Assembly: GCA_907165135.1 (NCBI GenBank)
Contig: OU015566.1
Location: 186,001-250,000 of the forward strand
Source: Oikopleura dioica
Lineage: Eukaryota > Animalia > Chordata
Direction of reading: 5' to 3'
DNA: 64,000 nucleotides
Shown one piece after another: positions 1-11,590 of the stretch. Positions within the stretch are counted from its first letter, which is position 1. The number at the start of each line of letters is the position of its first letter. The notes under the pieces were generated by a model that saw only the letters and a program-made list of their open reading frames with translations, was not told where the DNA came from and made no database searches. A program made the position numbers and the translations under genes.

Positions 1-344
1 TGGCAATTGCTATGAATCATACTTTGTTCGGGCGATAGAAACATGCAGTAGACTCGGGCATTCCCGTATAGACCCCCGTTATGATTCATTTTTGTCCGAA
101 AAATGGAAAAATTTGTTGTCATCCGACGCAAGGCAAAAAATATCCATTTTAAGGCCATTTTTGAAATCCGTTGTCATCCAAAAAGTGGCCTTAAAATGGG
201 TTTTCACTGTACACTGAGAGATAAAATATATTATTCGAAAAAATTTGAGGTTTTTAGGTTGAAAAATCTTAGTCTCGACCACCACCCCCTTACGTCTTTT
301 TACATCTGTATCGTAAAATCTTGTATAGACTATACAGTATAGTC

Positions 345-697
345 CGGGAACCCTCGACTCGCCGGGATTTCCTCGACTCGCCGGGAGTTTGCATTTTTTT
401 TCCCGGCGAGTCGAGGGTCTTCTAGAAATTGCTAGAATCATCAATTAAACCCATTTTTAACGCAGATATATTTGATATTTTAAATCATTCCTTACCAAAT
501 ATTTCCCTAAGAAATGGTTCAGTAGGAGTTATAGTTTGGGTTTAAGGTAAGGGTTTAGGGTTAGTGTTGAGAAATGGTGTTAGCGATTAGGGTTAGGGTT
601 AGGGTTGGTGACCCTCGACTCGCCGGGATTCTGTCTGCATATTTTTTCCCGGCGAGTCGAGGATCAGGCGAAAATCCCGGCGAGTCGAGGGTCTCCC
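345..697. mobile_element. MITE with 8-bp TSD (GTATAGTC), subterminal CCCTCGACTCGCCGGGA repeats and a telomere-like core; second copy 6515-6866
   Basis: Inverted ends CGGGAACCCTCGAC / GTCGAGGGTCTCCC(G). GTATAGTC lies on both sides. Confidence 0.8.
541..606 (+). repeat. Degenerate TTAGGG telomere-like array
   Basis: GGTTTAGGGTTAG...GATTAGGGTTAGGGTTAGGGTTGG. Similar degenerate runs at ~984-1110 and ~40270-40290. Confidence 0.7.
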
Positions 698-841
698 GTA
701 TAGTCTACCCCATTTCTATAGACTACATGACAGCGAAATAGCCTAGCAAAAGCTAAAGAACTCAAAAAATTGCATTTTTAATTCAAACTATTGAAGCCTA
801 TCCCTTGCTTTCCTGACTAGTTGCCGACCACAATACGGTAG

Positions 842-2652
842 ATCATCAGAACAGAATGCTCTTCAGGAAGAAATCGAGAAAAACAATGACATATTGACAC
901 TCGACATGGAAGAAAGCCATCACAACCTACCTTTCAAAGACATCGCCCGTAGTATGATCTCAAAATTCGGCCACCCTCATTTTAGGTTAGTGTTAGGGGG
1001 GCTCCAAGGGGGCGAAGCCCCCTAGGTTAGGCCTTAGGGTTAGGAACTGCGTACTTTTACCCAAGGGGGGGTCCCAGGAAGCGAAGCCCCCGGGTTAGGA
1101 GTAGGATTAGGAAAAATAAAAAAATCAAATTATACTTGGCCGAATTTTGAGGTCATACTACCACATCGCCTTCCTAAAGTTCATCAAAGAATCCTGCTCT
1201 TCTGTCCAATTCGTGTTCAAAGGCGATGATGACATCCTTCTGATCCCTCGAAATCTCAAACAAGAGATTGACAAGCTCAGGAACACGGACGAGTTCGAAG
1301 CTCTCGGCTGCTTGAAAAAGGAATCTCTTGCAATAAGAAACCTAAAGAGCAAGTATTTTATCCCAAAACAACTCTTTGAAGAAGATGGTCTTCCCGATTT
1401 CTATTCTGGCGCAGGCAGAGTTCGAAATTCGTTGGCAGTACTGCCACGACTGCCACTGGCAGCTGCCAATATCGGCAGTCACTTGGCAGTGGCAGTTAAA
1501 TTTTTCAAGGGCTGACAGCTGTCAACCTACTTCAACTTCGAAAGATGTTAATTTCTTTATAAAGTTTTCTTTCAAGAACCACAAAAAAAACAACGCTTAT
1601 GAATCATAAGTTATGATCCAAATTCGCTCTCGACTCGAGAGTCTCGAGACCTAAATTATTCAATCATTTTAATCAAAAGAGACATTTTTATCTCAGATAT
1701 TGTCTCTTCTATAAGTTTAAACCGTCAAAAAGACTGTTTTTAACTTAGTTTGACTTTAAAAATTCTTAAAAATAGTATCAAAATTGGCAGCTTTTGGCAG
1801 TCGACTGGTAACTGCCACTGGATAGTTTGAAAATACGGCGCACGCGCACAAACTCGCACGCAAGATTTTCGAAAACTCGCGCTCGTGCGCGCACGAATAG
1901 GATAAAAAAGGGTTTTTATTCGGAATTTGGAGTTTTTTTCCTTCCTCGGAAATTTTGCGAATACCTTAACAAAGAAAAATAATTTTTCGTTCTTTTGGAA
2001 GAGCCCCTGATTACCTTCTATAGGTATAAAGTCTTCATAAAACATAATTCATAAGAAAAATTCTTAAAAAAACCAAAATTTTCGCCAAAAATACTTGAAA
2101 ATATACCTTGAAAAATACGCAGGCGTGTTCGCACGTGCGCGCACGCACGCACGCGCACGCACGCACGCGCACTCGGATTTCGATAATAATTCGCACGCGC
2201 ACGCGATTTTTGGGTGTTTTTCCAACTATGGCTGCCAGTGGCAGCTGCCTATTTTGGCAGTCAGTTGGCATTGGCAGTCGCCATTTTAAAAAAGCTGGCA
2301 GACGCTTGGCAGTGGCAGTCGCCATTATCTTTCAGATTTTCGAACTCTGGGCGCAGGTTATTTGACAACTGGGAAATTTTCAATGAATTTGGCGAAAGCA
2401 ATTTCCGATGTATCTGTGTTGCCGTTGGACGATGTTTACATTGGTTCCCTTATTGATGCCTCTGGAATGCGAGAAAAAGCGCGAAGCTCGAATGAAATCT
2501 GCGAAGGAATTCTTCATTCAAAGGATGCCATTCGTGAAGGTGATTTCTGTGCTTTACGGAAGGTGCCTGTGGCGCACGAGATGTCAAATCCTGCAGAACT
2601 AGAATTGATATTTCACAAAGTTGCGACTGAAAACTTGGACTGCGATCGATGA
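842..2652 (+). CDS. GT31 beta-1,3-glycosyltransferase (Galactosyl_T family), paralog A copy 1, 5'-partial, spliced
   Basis: Exons ~842-947, 1171-1414, 2357-2652 join to ...DILTLDMEESHHNLPFKDIAFLKF...FVFKGDDDILL...SKYFIP...DFYSGAGYLTTG...PLDDVYIGSLI. These are typical GT31 DxD and (E/D)DVY motifs. Two TE insertions interrupt it. Confidence 0.85.
948..1162. mobile_element. hAT-like MITE inside GT31-A exon (copy at 7117-7330)
   Basis: TIR CGTAGTATGATCTCAAAATTCGGCCA / TGGCCGAATTTTGAGGTCATACTACC. Identical TSD ACATCGCC at 940-947 and 1163-1170. Confidence 0.92.
1416..2349. mobile_element. hAT-like MITE forming a GC-AG intron in GT31-A (copy at 7584-8515)
   Basis: TIR CAGAGTTCGAAA / TTTCGAACTCTG. 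TSD GGCGCAGG at 1408-1415 and 2350-2357. GGCAGT subterminal repeats. Confidence 0.93.
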
Positions 2653-2660
2653 TTCGATGC

Positions 2661-2891
2661 CGTAGTATGATCTCGAAATTCGGCCACCTATAGCCGAATA
2701 ATTCGTCTATATTTTCAAAAATTCTGAGTGAAAAATTCGGCCAAATTGACCGAATTATTGCTCAGATTTTACAAAGTATTCTGGTGAAAAATTCTGCCCA
2801 AGCTGGCCGAATTATTCATCCATATGGATCCATATTAATATATGATTTCATAAAAATTCGGCTTTTGGCCGAATTTTGAGGTCATACTACC
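2661..2891. mobile_element. hAT-like MITE just after the GT31-A stop codon (copy at 8827-9057)
   Basis: Same TIR family as 948-1162. TSD TTCGATGC at 2653-2660 and 2892-2899. Confidence 0.9.
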
Positions 2892-3011
2892 TTCGATGCG
2901 CCTTTTATTTGTGCATTTTCAATTTTTTTCTATTGTAATAAAGCAAAAGAAAATAAATATAAGAGTCTTATTGATTTTTTTTCTGAGCGGCATTCTTTCT
3001 TCGTCATTAAC

Positions 3012-3116
3012 AAGGAGTCATGGGCGGCTCCTCACAAGAGTGATCCCTCTCCGAGAGAGAGATGAGGGCCGTACACAGCAGCGCCAGAGATCTTTCCGAC
3101 GCTGCAGCCCTTCCGC
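3012..3116 (-). mobile_element. Diverged solo LTR related to the 27.5-28.6 kb element (copy ~9176-9280)
   Basis: Shares GAGTCATGGGCGGCTCC...CAAGAGTGATC...CCGAGAGAG...GGGCCGTAC.CAGCAGCGCC with the LTRs at 27492 and 28520. Confidence 0.65.
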
Positions 3117-3486
3117 TGACACTAAGAAAACCTACCGAAAGACACGTAAAAACAGCGAAAACCGACGAAAACAAAGTTAGAAATTAAGTAGGGTAGTAAT
3201 GTTGTAATGCAGTAAATGGCTGCTTTTTGCAATGGTCCATTGCCAATGGACCCTGGGCTCATTATTACCCGATTTTACACAGGTACTCAGACAGGTTCCC
3301 CAAAAACAGGAAACAGGACCTGTGACAGGTTTTAACACAGCTCAGCTTGCCGAACCCAGAATGGACCTGCTGCATCTTTTTCGAAAAAAGCTTCAGAGGA
3401 CATTTTTGAAATTGCGAGAACTCATCGGAACGGTCGCTTTTAAAATCATAATTTTGATCTCTTTTTGACCAATTAAAAGCCTATCT

Positions 3487-3561
3487 GGTTTCATCCTCGA
3501 GGATGTGATGTTTACTGGAATCTTCCGAGAAATCGCTCAAGACAAGGGCATACAAATTTAA
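3487..3561 (+). pseudogene. Possible GT31 C-terminal relic (copy 9650-9724)
   Basis: Translates GFILEDVMFTGIFREIAQDKGIQI*, resembling the GT31 EDVxxTG motif. It is short and has no clean upstream exon. Confidence 0.3.
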
Positions 3562-5426
3562 ACTGGAATGGCCCGGCATTTTGCGAGAAACAAAGAAATT
3601 AATTTAAATAAGCAGTTGCCAATGGTCCGACACACTGTTTCTTTCACTGTTTAAGAGGATCAGGAGGATTCTTCGACGACTTTACAATTAACTAGAATGA
3701 ATTTGTAAATATCCTGTCACTCTTCAATATTTCTGCATTTTTCTGTGATCAGAGCTGTAATAAATATTGTAGATACCAACAATGTCTCTTTTGTAACTCT
3801 TCGTTATTACGGGTGTAGGGCGGCTTCGTTCGCAATTTGCTAACGCCGTTCGTCATCTTGCGATCGCCGTTCGCAACGAAAAAATATCTTGCTGCGAGTG
3901 TGCGCTTCGCGCACTTTCTGGTAAAGAACTCATTGGCTTGGCAGGAGCAGTCTTTTTCTACCGCTTGGACACATTTCGAAAAAAATTGTGAACGATTTTC
4001 GGCCAAAAATTTTTCGGTTTTGCGAACGCCGGAATGGGTTTAAATGTCCAGACGAGTTAAAATTTCCTCCACTCTCAAATAAATATAAAAGAAACAAAGA
4101 TTGAATTTTTTTTCTAGATTTCCTGAATAAAAATCATACATTGATTTTCAACGACCGATGAATAAAATTTCTATGAATTCATACTACGGGAAATTATGAG
4201 CAAGAGCAATGTTCAAATTATTTTTAAAGCCATACAAATTGATTCATGTCTACAAAAAAATACTCAAATAAAAGTCGTTGGCAAGTTGGCAAGTGGTAAG
4301 TTGCCGACCCCAGTTAAGATATGCAAGTAGTTTTGCTTGCATTTTATGTTTATTGTGGACTCATTTCTAGACGTTTTTTTTTCTCGATTCAAGACCATAA
4401 GAGACAAATTTATAATCGTTGGTCGTATTTAAATTGAGCAAGTCATACAAGCGCCAAGATGTTGGCCAAACTATAACAGTTGGCAAACAGTGGAGGAAAA
4501 CGCTAGCCAGCATACTTTTTTTTATTTTTGCAAGCCCGTCATACTTATTGACTAGGCCAATTTCTCTTGTTTTTTTGTGGTTCAAGAAAGAAAACTTTAT
4601 ATAGAAATTTATATCTTTCGAAGTGACAGTAGGTTGGCAGCTGCTCGTAACTGCAAGTTTTTTTAAAATGCCGACTGCCACTGTCAATTGACTGCCAGAA
4701 TTGGCAGCTGCCAATGCTTGTCGTGACAGTACTGTGAATAAATTTTGAATTCTGCAAAAAGTATTTATATTCTCTAAAGAATCTATTTTTCGAGTGACTG
4801 ATGCTCTGGGTGGGTGGCTTTTGTCTTCACCAAATCTTTACCAAAATATGAGCTAAAATCATTGAAATCGTGAAAGTTAACGAAATTGGCATCCTTATGA
4901 GAGAGTATTCTTACAAATCAGGCGCGGAGCGCATATAAGCTCATTATTATAATCAATTTTTTAATGTCTAATGTCAAATATGAACAAATGTCGTTTTTCC
5001 AGAAGTAAAATTGCGTAAAAAGTCAATTTACCTACGCGTAAGTCGATATGCGGGCAGGGGTTAACGTATTTTCTGAGAAGAGACGTTCCTTAGAGTGGTC
5101 ATTTGTATGCTTAAAATTATCAAAATCGATCTAGCAAAGACTCAAAATCCGCTCCTTTTCAAAAATTGCCTTTTTTCAAAATCGATGCATATGTTCTGAA
5201 AGTATGGGAAGATTTTTCGAAAGAACCTGCAAAATAGAAAACACCGCGGTAAGCCTAGGTATAACTTTGAACTTAGGAGAAAGTTACTTACATAACTTTT
5301 GTTTCATTGGACTCAGAAGCTTCATTCTCCCAGGCTGGGCAGATGAAGCTTCTGGGAGAGTCAAGCCTACCCACTTGACGTAGTGGTCTATAAACAAACT
5401 TAGAAAAAAGAGAAAATTTAAAAGTC

Positions 5427-5573
5427 TTACAAATGATAAGTTTTATTTTTTTTAGAAAATTCAATTGTTTCAGACAGCTCTTTTTTTCTCAAATAATTTT
5501 CTAAGCACTGTAGCGCCAAATCGTCGTTCCATGCGCTGAACTTGTTCGCAAAGAGGTGCTTCTGTTTGAGTAG
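5427..5573 (-). pseudogene. Orphan duplicate of the GCNT last exon
   Basis: Matches 11591-11737 ([29 protein letters not shown]...). It lies in tandem copy 1, with no upstream GCNT exons in that unit. Confidence 0.8.
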
Positions 5574-5739
5574 CTAAATGAAACTCTGTTAGTAGTGGCG
5601 TTATCCTGGTGAATCTTGATTAAAATTAACACTTTTTTCTCGATTTTAAATAGCTTCGATGATGGGGAAAACAAAGATAAATTGTTTCGATAACAAAAAT
5701 TTAAAACTAAAGTTGAAAAATTCTAGTTAAAAATTAATG

Positions 5740-5985
5740 GGGTGTAGGGCGGCTTCGTTCGCAATTTGTGAACGTCGTTCGTAATCTTGCGAACGCCGTT
5801 CGCAACAAAAAAAAATCTTGCCGTGAGTGTGCGCTTCGCGCATTTTCTTGTAGACAACTCATTGGCTTGGCAGGAGCAGTCTTTTTCTTCCGCTGGGACA
5901 CATCTTGAAAAATGTTGTGAACAAATTTCGGCCAAAAATTTTTCGATTTTGCGAATGGCCTTTGCGAACGAAGCCGTCGCCACCC
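5740..5985. mobile_element. MITE, GGGTG...CACCC family (other copies ~3812-4030, 11905-12150, 18766-19005)
   Basis: TIR GGGTGTAGGGCGGCTTCGTTCGCAA / TTGCGAACGAAGCCG..GCCACCC. The 18766-19005 copy has 8-bp TSD AGTTCAAA. Confidence 0.85.
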
Positions 5986-7010
5986 GATTAATGCTACAAA
6001 CAAAAAATATTCTTTAAAACTTTTAATCCGTAAATAATCCTCTCGAAGATTTCGAGTGCATGACGATTTCGATAGAGATTTTTGATCCATTTCTCTGACA
6101 TGTTGGCAGAAAAAATATTTTTGAGAGAATGAAAGAAAGAATCACCTATAGTCCAATTTAAACAACATATTTTGGCAATTGCTATGAATCATACTTTGTT
6201 CGGGCGATAGAAACATGCAGTAGACTCGGGCATTCCCGTATAGACCCCCGTTATGATTCATTTTTGTCCGAAAAATGGAAAAATTTGTTGTCATCCGACG
6301 CAAGGCAAAATATCCATTTTAAGGCCATTTTTGAAATCCGTTGTCATCCAAAAAGTGGCCTTAAAATGGGTTTTCACTGTACACTGAGAGATAAAATATA
6401 TTATTCGAAAAAATTTGAGGTTTTTAGGTTGAAAAATCTTAGTCTCGACCACCACCCCCTTACGTCTTTTTACATCTGTATCGTAAAATCTTGTATAGAC
6501 TATACAGTATAGTCCGGGAACCCTCGACTCGCCGGGATTTTCTCGACTCGCCGGGAGTTTGCATTTTTTTCCCGGCGAGTCGAGGGTCTTCTAGAAATTG
6601 CTAGAATCATCAATTAAACCCATTTTTAACGCAGATATATTTGATATTTTAAATCATTCCTTACCAAATATTTCCCTAAGAAATGGTTCAGTAGGAGTTA
6701 TAGTTTGGGTTTAAGGTAAGGGTTTAGGGTTAGTGTTGAGAAATGGTGTTAGCGATTAGGGTTAGGGTTAGGGTTGGTGACCCTCGACTCGCCGGGATTC
6801 TGTCTGCATATTTTTTCCCGGCGAGTCGAGGATCAGGCGAAAATCCCGGCGAGTCGAGGGTCTCCCGTATAGTCTACCCCATTTCTATAGACTACATGAC
6901 AGCGAAATAGCCTAGCAAAAGCTAAAGAACTCAAAAAATTGCATTTTTAATTCAAACTATTGAAGCCTATCCCTTGCTTTCCTGACTAGTTGCCGACCAC
7001 AATACGGTAG

Positions 7011-8818
7011 ATCATCAGAACAGAATGCTCTTCAGGAAGAAATCGAGAAAAACAATGACATATTGACACTCGACATGGAAGAAAGCCATCACAACCTACC
7101 TTTCAAAGACATCGCCCGTAGTATGATCTCAAAATTCGGCCACCCTCATTTTAGGTTAGTGTTAGGGGGGCTCCAAGGGGGCGAAGCCCCCTAGGTTAGG
7201 CCTTAGGGTTAGGAACTGCGTACTTTTACCCAAGGGGGGTCCCAGGAAGCGAAGCCCCCGGGTTAGGAGTAGGATTAGGAAAAATAAAAAAATCAAATTA
7301 TACTTGGCCGAATTTTGAGGTCATACTACCACATCGCCTTCCTAAAGTTCATCAAAGAATCCTGCTCTTCTGTCCAATTCGTGTTCAAAGGCGATGATGA
7401 CATCCTTCTGATCCCTCGAAATCTCAAACAAGAGATTGACAAGCTCAGGAACACGGACGAGTTCGAAGCTCTCGGCTGCTTGAAAAAGGAATCTCTTGCA
7501 ATAAGAAACCTAAAGAGCAAGTATTTTATCCCAAAACAACTCTTTGAAGAAGATGGTCTTCCCGATTTCTATTCTGGCGCAGGCAGAGTTCGAAATTCGT
7601 TGGCAGTACTGCCACGACTGCCACTGGCAGCTGCCAATATCGGCAGTCACTTGGCAGTGGCAGTTAAATTTTTCAAGGGCTGACAGCTGTCAACCTACTT
7701 CAACTTCGAAAGATGTTAATTTCTTTATAAAGTTTTCTTTCAAGAACCACAAAAAAAACAACGCTTATGAATCATAAGTTATGATCCAAATTCGCTCTCG
7801 ACTCGAGAGTCTCGAGACCTAAATTATTCAATCATTTTAATCAAAAGAGACATTTTTATCTCAGATATTGTCTCTTCTATAAGTTTAAACCGTCAAAAAG
7901 ACTGTTTTTAACTTAGTTTGACTTTAAAAATTCTTAAAAATAGTATCAAAATTGGCAGCTTTTGGCAGTCGACTGGTAACTGCCACTGGATAGTTTGAAA
8001 ATACGGCGCACGCGCACAAACTCGCACGCAAGATTTTCGAAAACTCGCGCTCGTGCGCGCACGAATAGGATAAAAAAGGGTTTTTATTCGGAATTTGGAG
8101 TTTTTTTCCTTCCTCGGAAATTTTGCGAATACCTTAACAAAGAAAAATAATTTTTCGTTCTTTTGGAAGAGCCCCTGATTACCTTCTATAGGTATAAAGT
8201 CTTCATAAAACATAATTCATAAGAAAAATTCTTAAAAAAACCAAAATTTTCGCCAAAAATACTTGAAAATATACCTTGAAAAATACGCAGGCGTGTTCGC
8301 ACGTGCGCGCACGCACGCACGCGCACGCACGCACGCGCACTCGGATTTCGATAATAATTCGCACGCGCACGCGATTTTTGGGTGTTTTTCCAACTATGGC
8401 TGCCAGTGGCAGCTGCCTATTTTGGCAGTCAGTTGGCATTGGCAGTCGCCATTTTAAAAGCTGGCAGACGCTTGGCAGTGGCAGTCGCCATTATCTTTCA
8501 GATTTTCGAACTCTGGGCGCAGGTTATTTGACAACTGGGAAATTTTCAATGAATTTGGCGAAAGCAATTTCCGATGTATCTGTGTTGCCGTTGGACGATG
8601 TTTACATTGGTTCCCTTATTGATGCCTCTGGAATGCGAGAAAAAGCGCGAAGCTCGAATGAAATCTGCGAAGGAATTCTTCATTCAAAGGATGCCATTCG
8701 TGAAGGTGATTTCTGTGCTTTACGGAAGGTGCCTGTGGCGCACGAGATGTCAAATCCTGCAGAACTAGAATTGATATTTCACAAAGTTGCGACTGAAAAC
8801 TTGGACTGCGATCGATGA
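7011..8818 (+). CDS. GT31 paralog A copy 2 (5'-truncated duplicate)
   Basis: Same exons as 842-2652 (7011-7116, 7339-7582, 8523-8818). No N-terminal exons were found in the duplicated unit. Confidence 0.75.
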
Positions 8819-11590
8819 TTCGATGCCGTAGTATGATCTCGAAATTCGGCCACCTATAGCCGAATAATTCGTCTATATTTTCAAAAATTCTGAGTGAAAA
8901 ATTCGGCCAAATTGACCGAATTATTGCTCAGATTTTACAAAGTATTCTGGTGAAAAATTCTGCCCAAGCTGGCCGAATTATTCATCCATATGGATCCATA
9001 TTAATATATGATTTCATAAAAATTCGGCTTTTGGCCGAATTTTGAGGTCATACTACCTTCGATGCGCCTTTTATTTGTGCATTTTCAATTTTTTTTTATT
9101 GTAATAAAGCAAAAGAAAATAAATATAAGAGTCTTATTGATTTTTTCTGAGCGGCATTCTTTCTTCGTCATTAACAAGGAGTCATGGGCGGCTCCTCACA
9201 AGAGTGATCCCTCTCCGAGAGAGAGATGAGGGCCGTACACAGCAGCGCCAGAGATCTTTCCGACGCTGCAGCCCTTCCGCTGACACTAAGAAAACCTACC
9301 GAAAGACACGTAAAAACAGCGAAAACCGACGAAAACAAAGTTAGAAATTAAGTAGGGTAGTAATGTTGTAATGCAGTAAATGGCTGCTTTTGCAATGGTC
9401 CATTGCCAATGGACCCTGGGCTCATTATTACCCGATTTTACACAGGTACTCAGACAGGTTCCCCAAAAACAGGAAACAGGACCTGTGACAGGTTTTAACA
9501 CAGCTCAGCTTGCCGAACCCAGAATGGACCTGCTGCATCTTTTTCGAAAAAAGCTTCAGAGGACATTTTTGAAATTGCGAGAACTCATCGGAACGGTCGC
9601 TTTTAAAATCATAATTTTGATCTCTTTTTGACCAATTAAAAGCCTATCTGGTTTCATCCTCGAGGATGTGATGTTTACTGGAATCTTCCGAGAAATCGCT
9701 CAAGACAAGGGCATACAAATTTAAACTGGAATGGCCCGGCATTTTGCGAGAAACAAAGAAATTAATTTAAATAAGCAGTTGCCAATGGTCCGACACACTG
9801 TTTCTTTCACTGTTTAAGAGGATCAGGAGGATTCTTCGACGACTTTACAATTAACTAGAATGAATTTGTAAATATCCTGTCACTCTTCAATATTTCTGCA
9901 TTTTTCTGTGATCAGAGCTGTAATAAATATTGTAGATACCAACAATGTCTCTTTTGTAACTCTTCGTTATTACGGGTGTAGGGCGGCTTCGTTCGCAATT
10001 TGCTAACGCCGTTCGTCATCTTGCGATCGCCGTTCGCAACGAAAAAATATCTTGCTGCGAGTGTGCGCTTCGCGCACTTTCTGGTAAAGAACTCATTGGC
10101 TTGGCAGGAGCAGTCTTTTTCTACCGCTTGGACACATTTCGAAAAAAATTGTGAACGATTTTCGGCCAAAAATTTTTCGGTTTTGCGAACGCCGGAATGG
10201 GTTTAAATGTCCAGACGAGTTAAAATTTCCTCCACTCTCAAATAAATATAAAAGAAACAAAGATTGAATTTTTTTTCTAGATTTCCTGAATAAAAATCAT
10301 ACATTGATTTTCAACGACCGATGAATAAAATTTCTATGAATTCATACTACGGGAAATTATGAGCAAGAGCAATGTTCAAATTATTTTTAAAGCCATACAA
10401 ATTGATTCATGTCTACAAAAAAATACTCAAATAAAAGTCGTTGGCAAGTTGGCAAGTGGTAAGTTGCCGACCCCAGTTAAGATATGCAAGTAGTTTTGCT
10501 TGCATTTTATGTTTATTGTGGACTCATTTCTAGACGTTTTTTTTTCTCGATTCAAGACCATAAGAGACAAATTTATAATCGTTGGTCGTATTTAAATTGA
10601 GCAAGTCATACAAGCGCCAAGATGTTGGCCAAACTATAACAGTTGGCAAACAGTGGAGGAAAACGCTAGCCAGCATACTTTTTTTTATTTTTGCAAGCCC
10701 GTCATACTTATTGACTAGGCCAATTTCTCTTGTTTTTTTGTGGTTCAAGAAAGAAAACTTTATATAGAAATTTATATCTTTCGAAGTGACAGTAGGTTGG
10801 CAGCTGCTCGTAACTGCAAGTTTTTTTAAAATGCCGACTGCCACTGTCAATTGACTGCCAGAATTGGCAGCTGCCAATGCTTGTCGTGACAGTACTGTGA
10901 ATAAATTTTGAATTCTGCAAAAAGTATTTATATTCTCTAAAGAATCTATTTTTCGAGTGACTGATGCTCTGGGTGGGTGGCTTTTGTCTTCACCAAATCT
11001 TTACCAAAATATGAGCTAAAATCATTGAAATCGTGAAAGTTAACGAAATTGGCATCCTTATGAGAGAGTATTCTTACAAATCAGGCGCGGAGCGCATATA
11101 AGCTCATTATTATAATCAATTTTTTAATGTCTAATGTCAAATATGAACAAATGTCGTTTTTCCAGAAGTAAAATTGCGTAAAAAAGTCAATTTACCTACG
11201 CGTAAGTCGATATGCGGGCAGGGGTTAACGTATTTTCTGAGAAGAGACGTTCCTTAGAGTGGTCATTTGTATGCTTAAAATTATCAAAATCGATCTAGCA
11301 AAGACTCAAAATCCGCTCCTTTTCAAAAATTGCCTTTTTTCAAAATCGATGCATATGTTCTGAAAGTATGGGAAGATTTTTCGAAAGAACCTGCAAAATA
11401 GAAAACACCGCGGTAAGCCTAGGTATAACTTTGAACTTAGGAGAAAGTTACTTACATAACTTTTGTTTCATTGGACTCAGAAGCTTCATTCTCCCAGGCT
11501 GGGCAGATGAAGCTTCTGGGAGAGTCAAGCCTACCCACTTGACGTAGTGGTCTATAAACAAACTTAGAAAAAAGAGAAAATTTAAAAGTC

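Noticed and set aside
1740-2456. Track ORFs rich in ARTHA/WQWQ repeats (also 16654-17241, 55195-55944, 59685-60425, 18726-19019)
   Set aside because: They are translations of MITE subterminal repeats and overlap on both strands with no domain signal.
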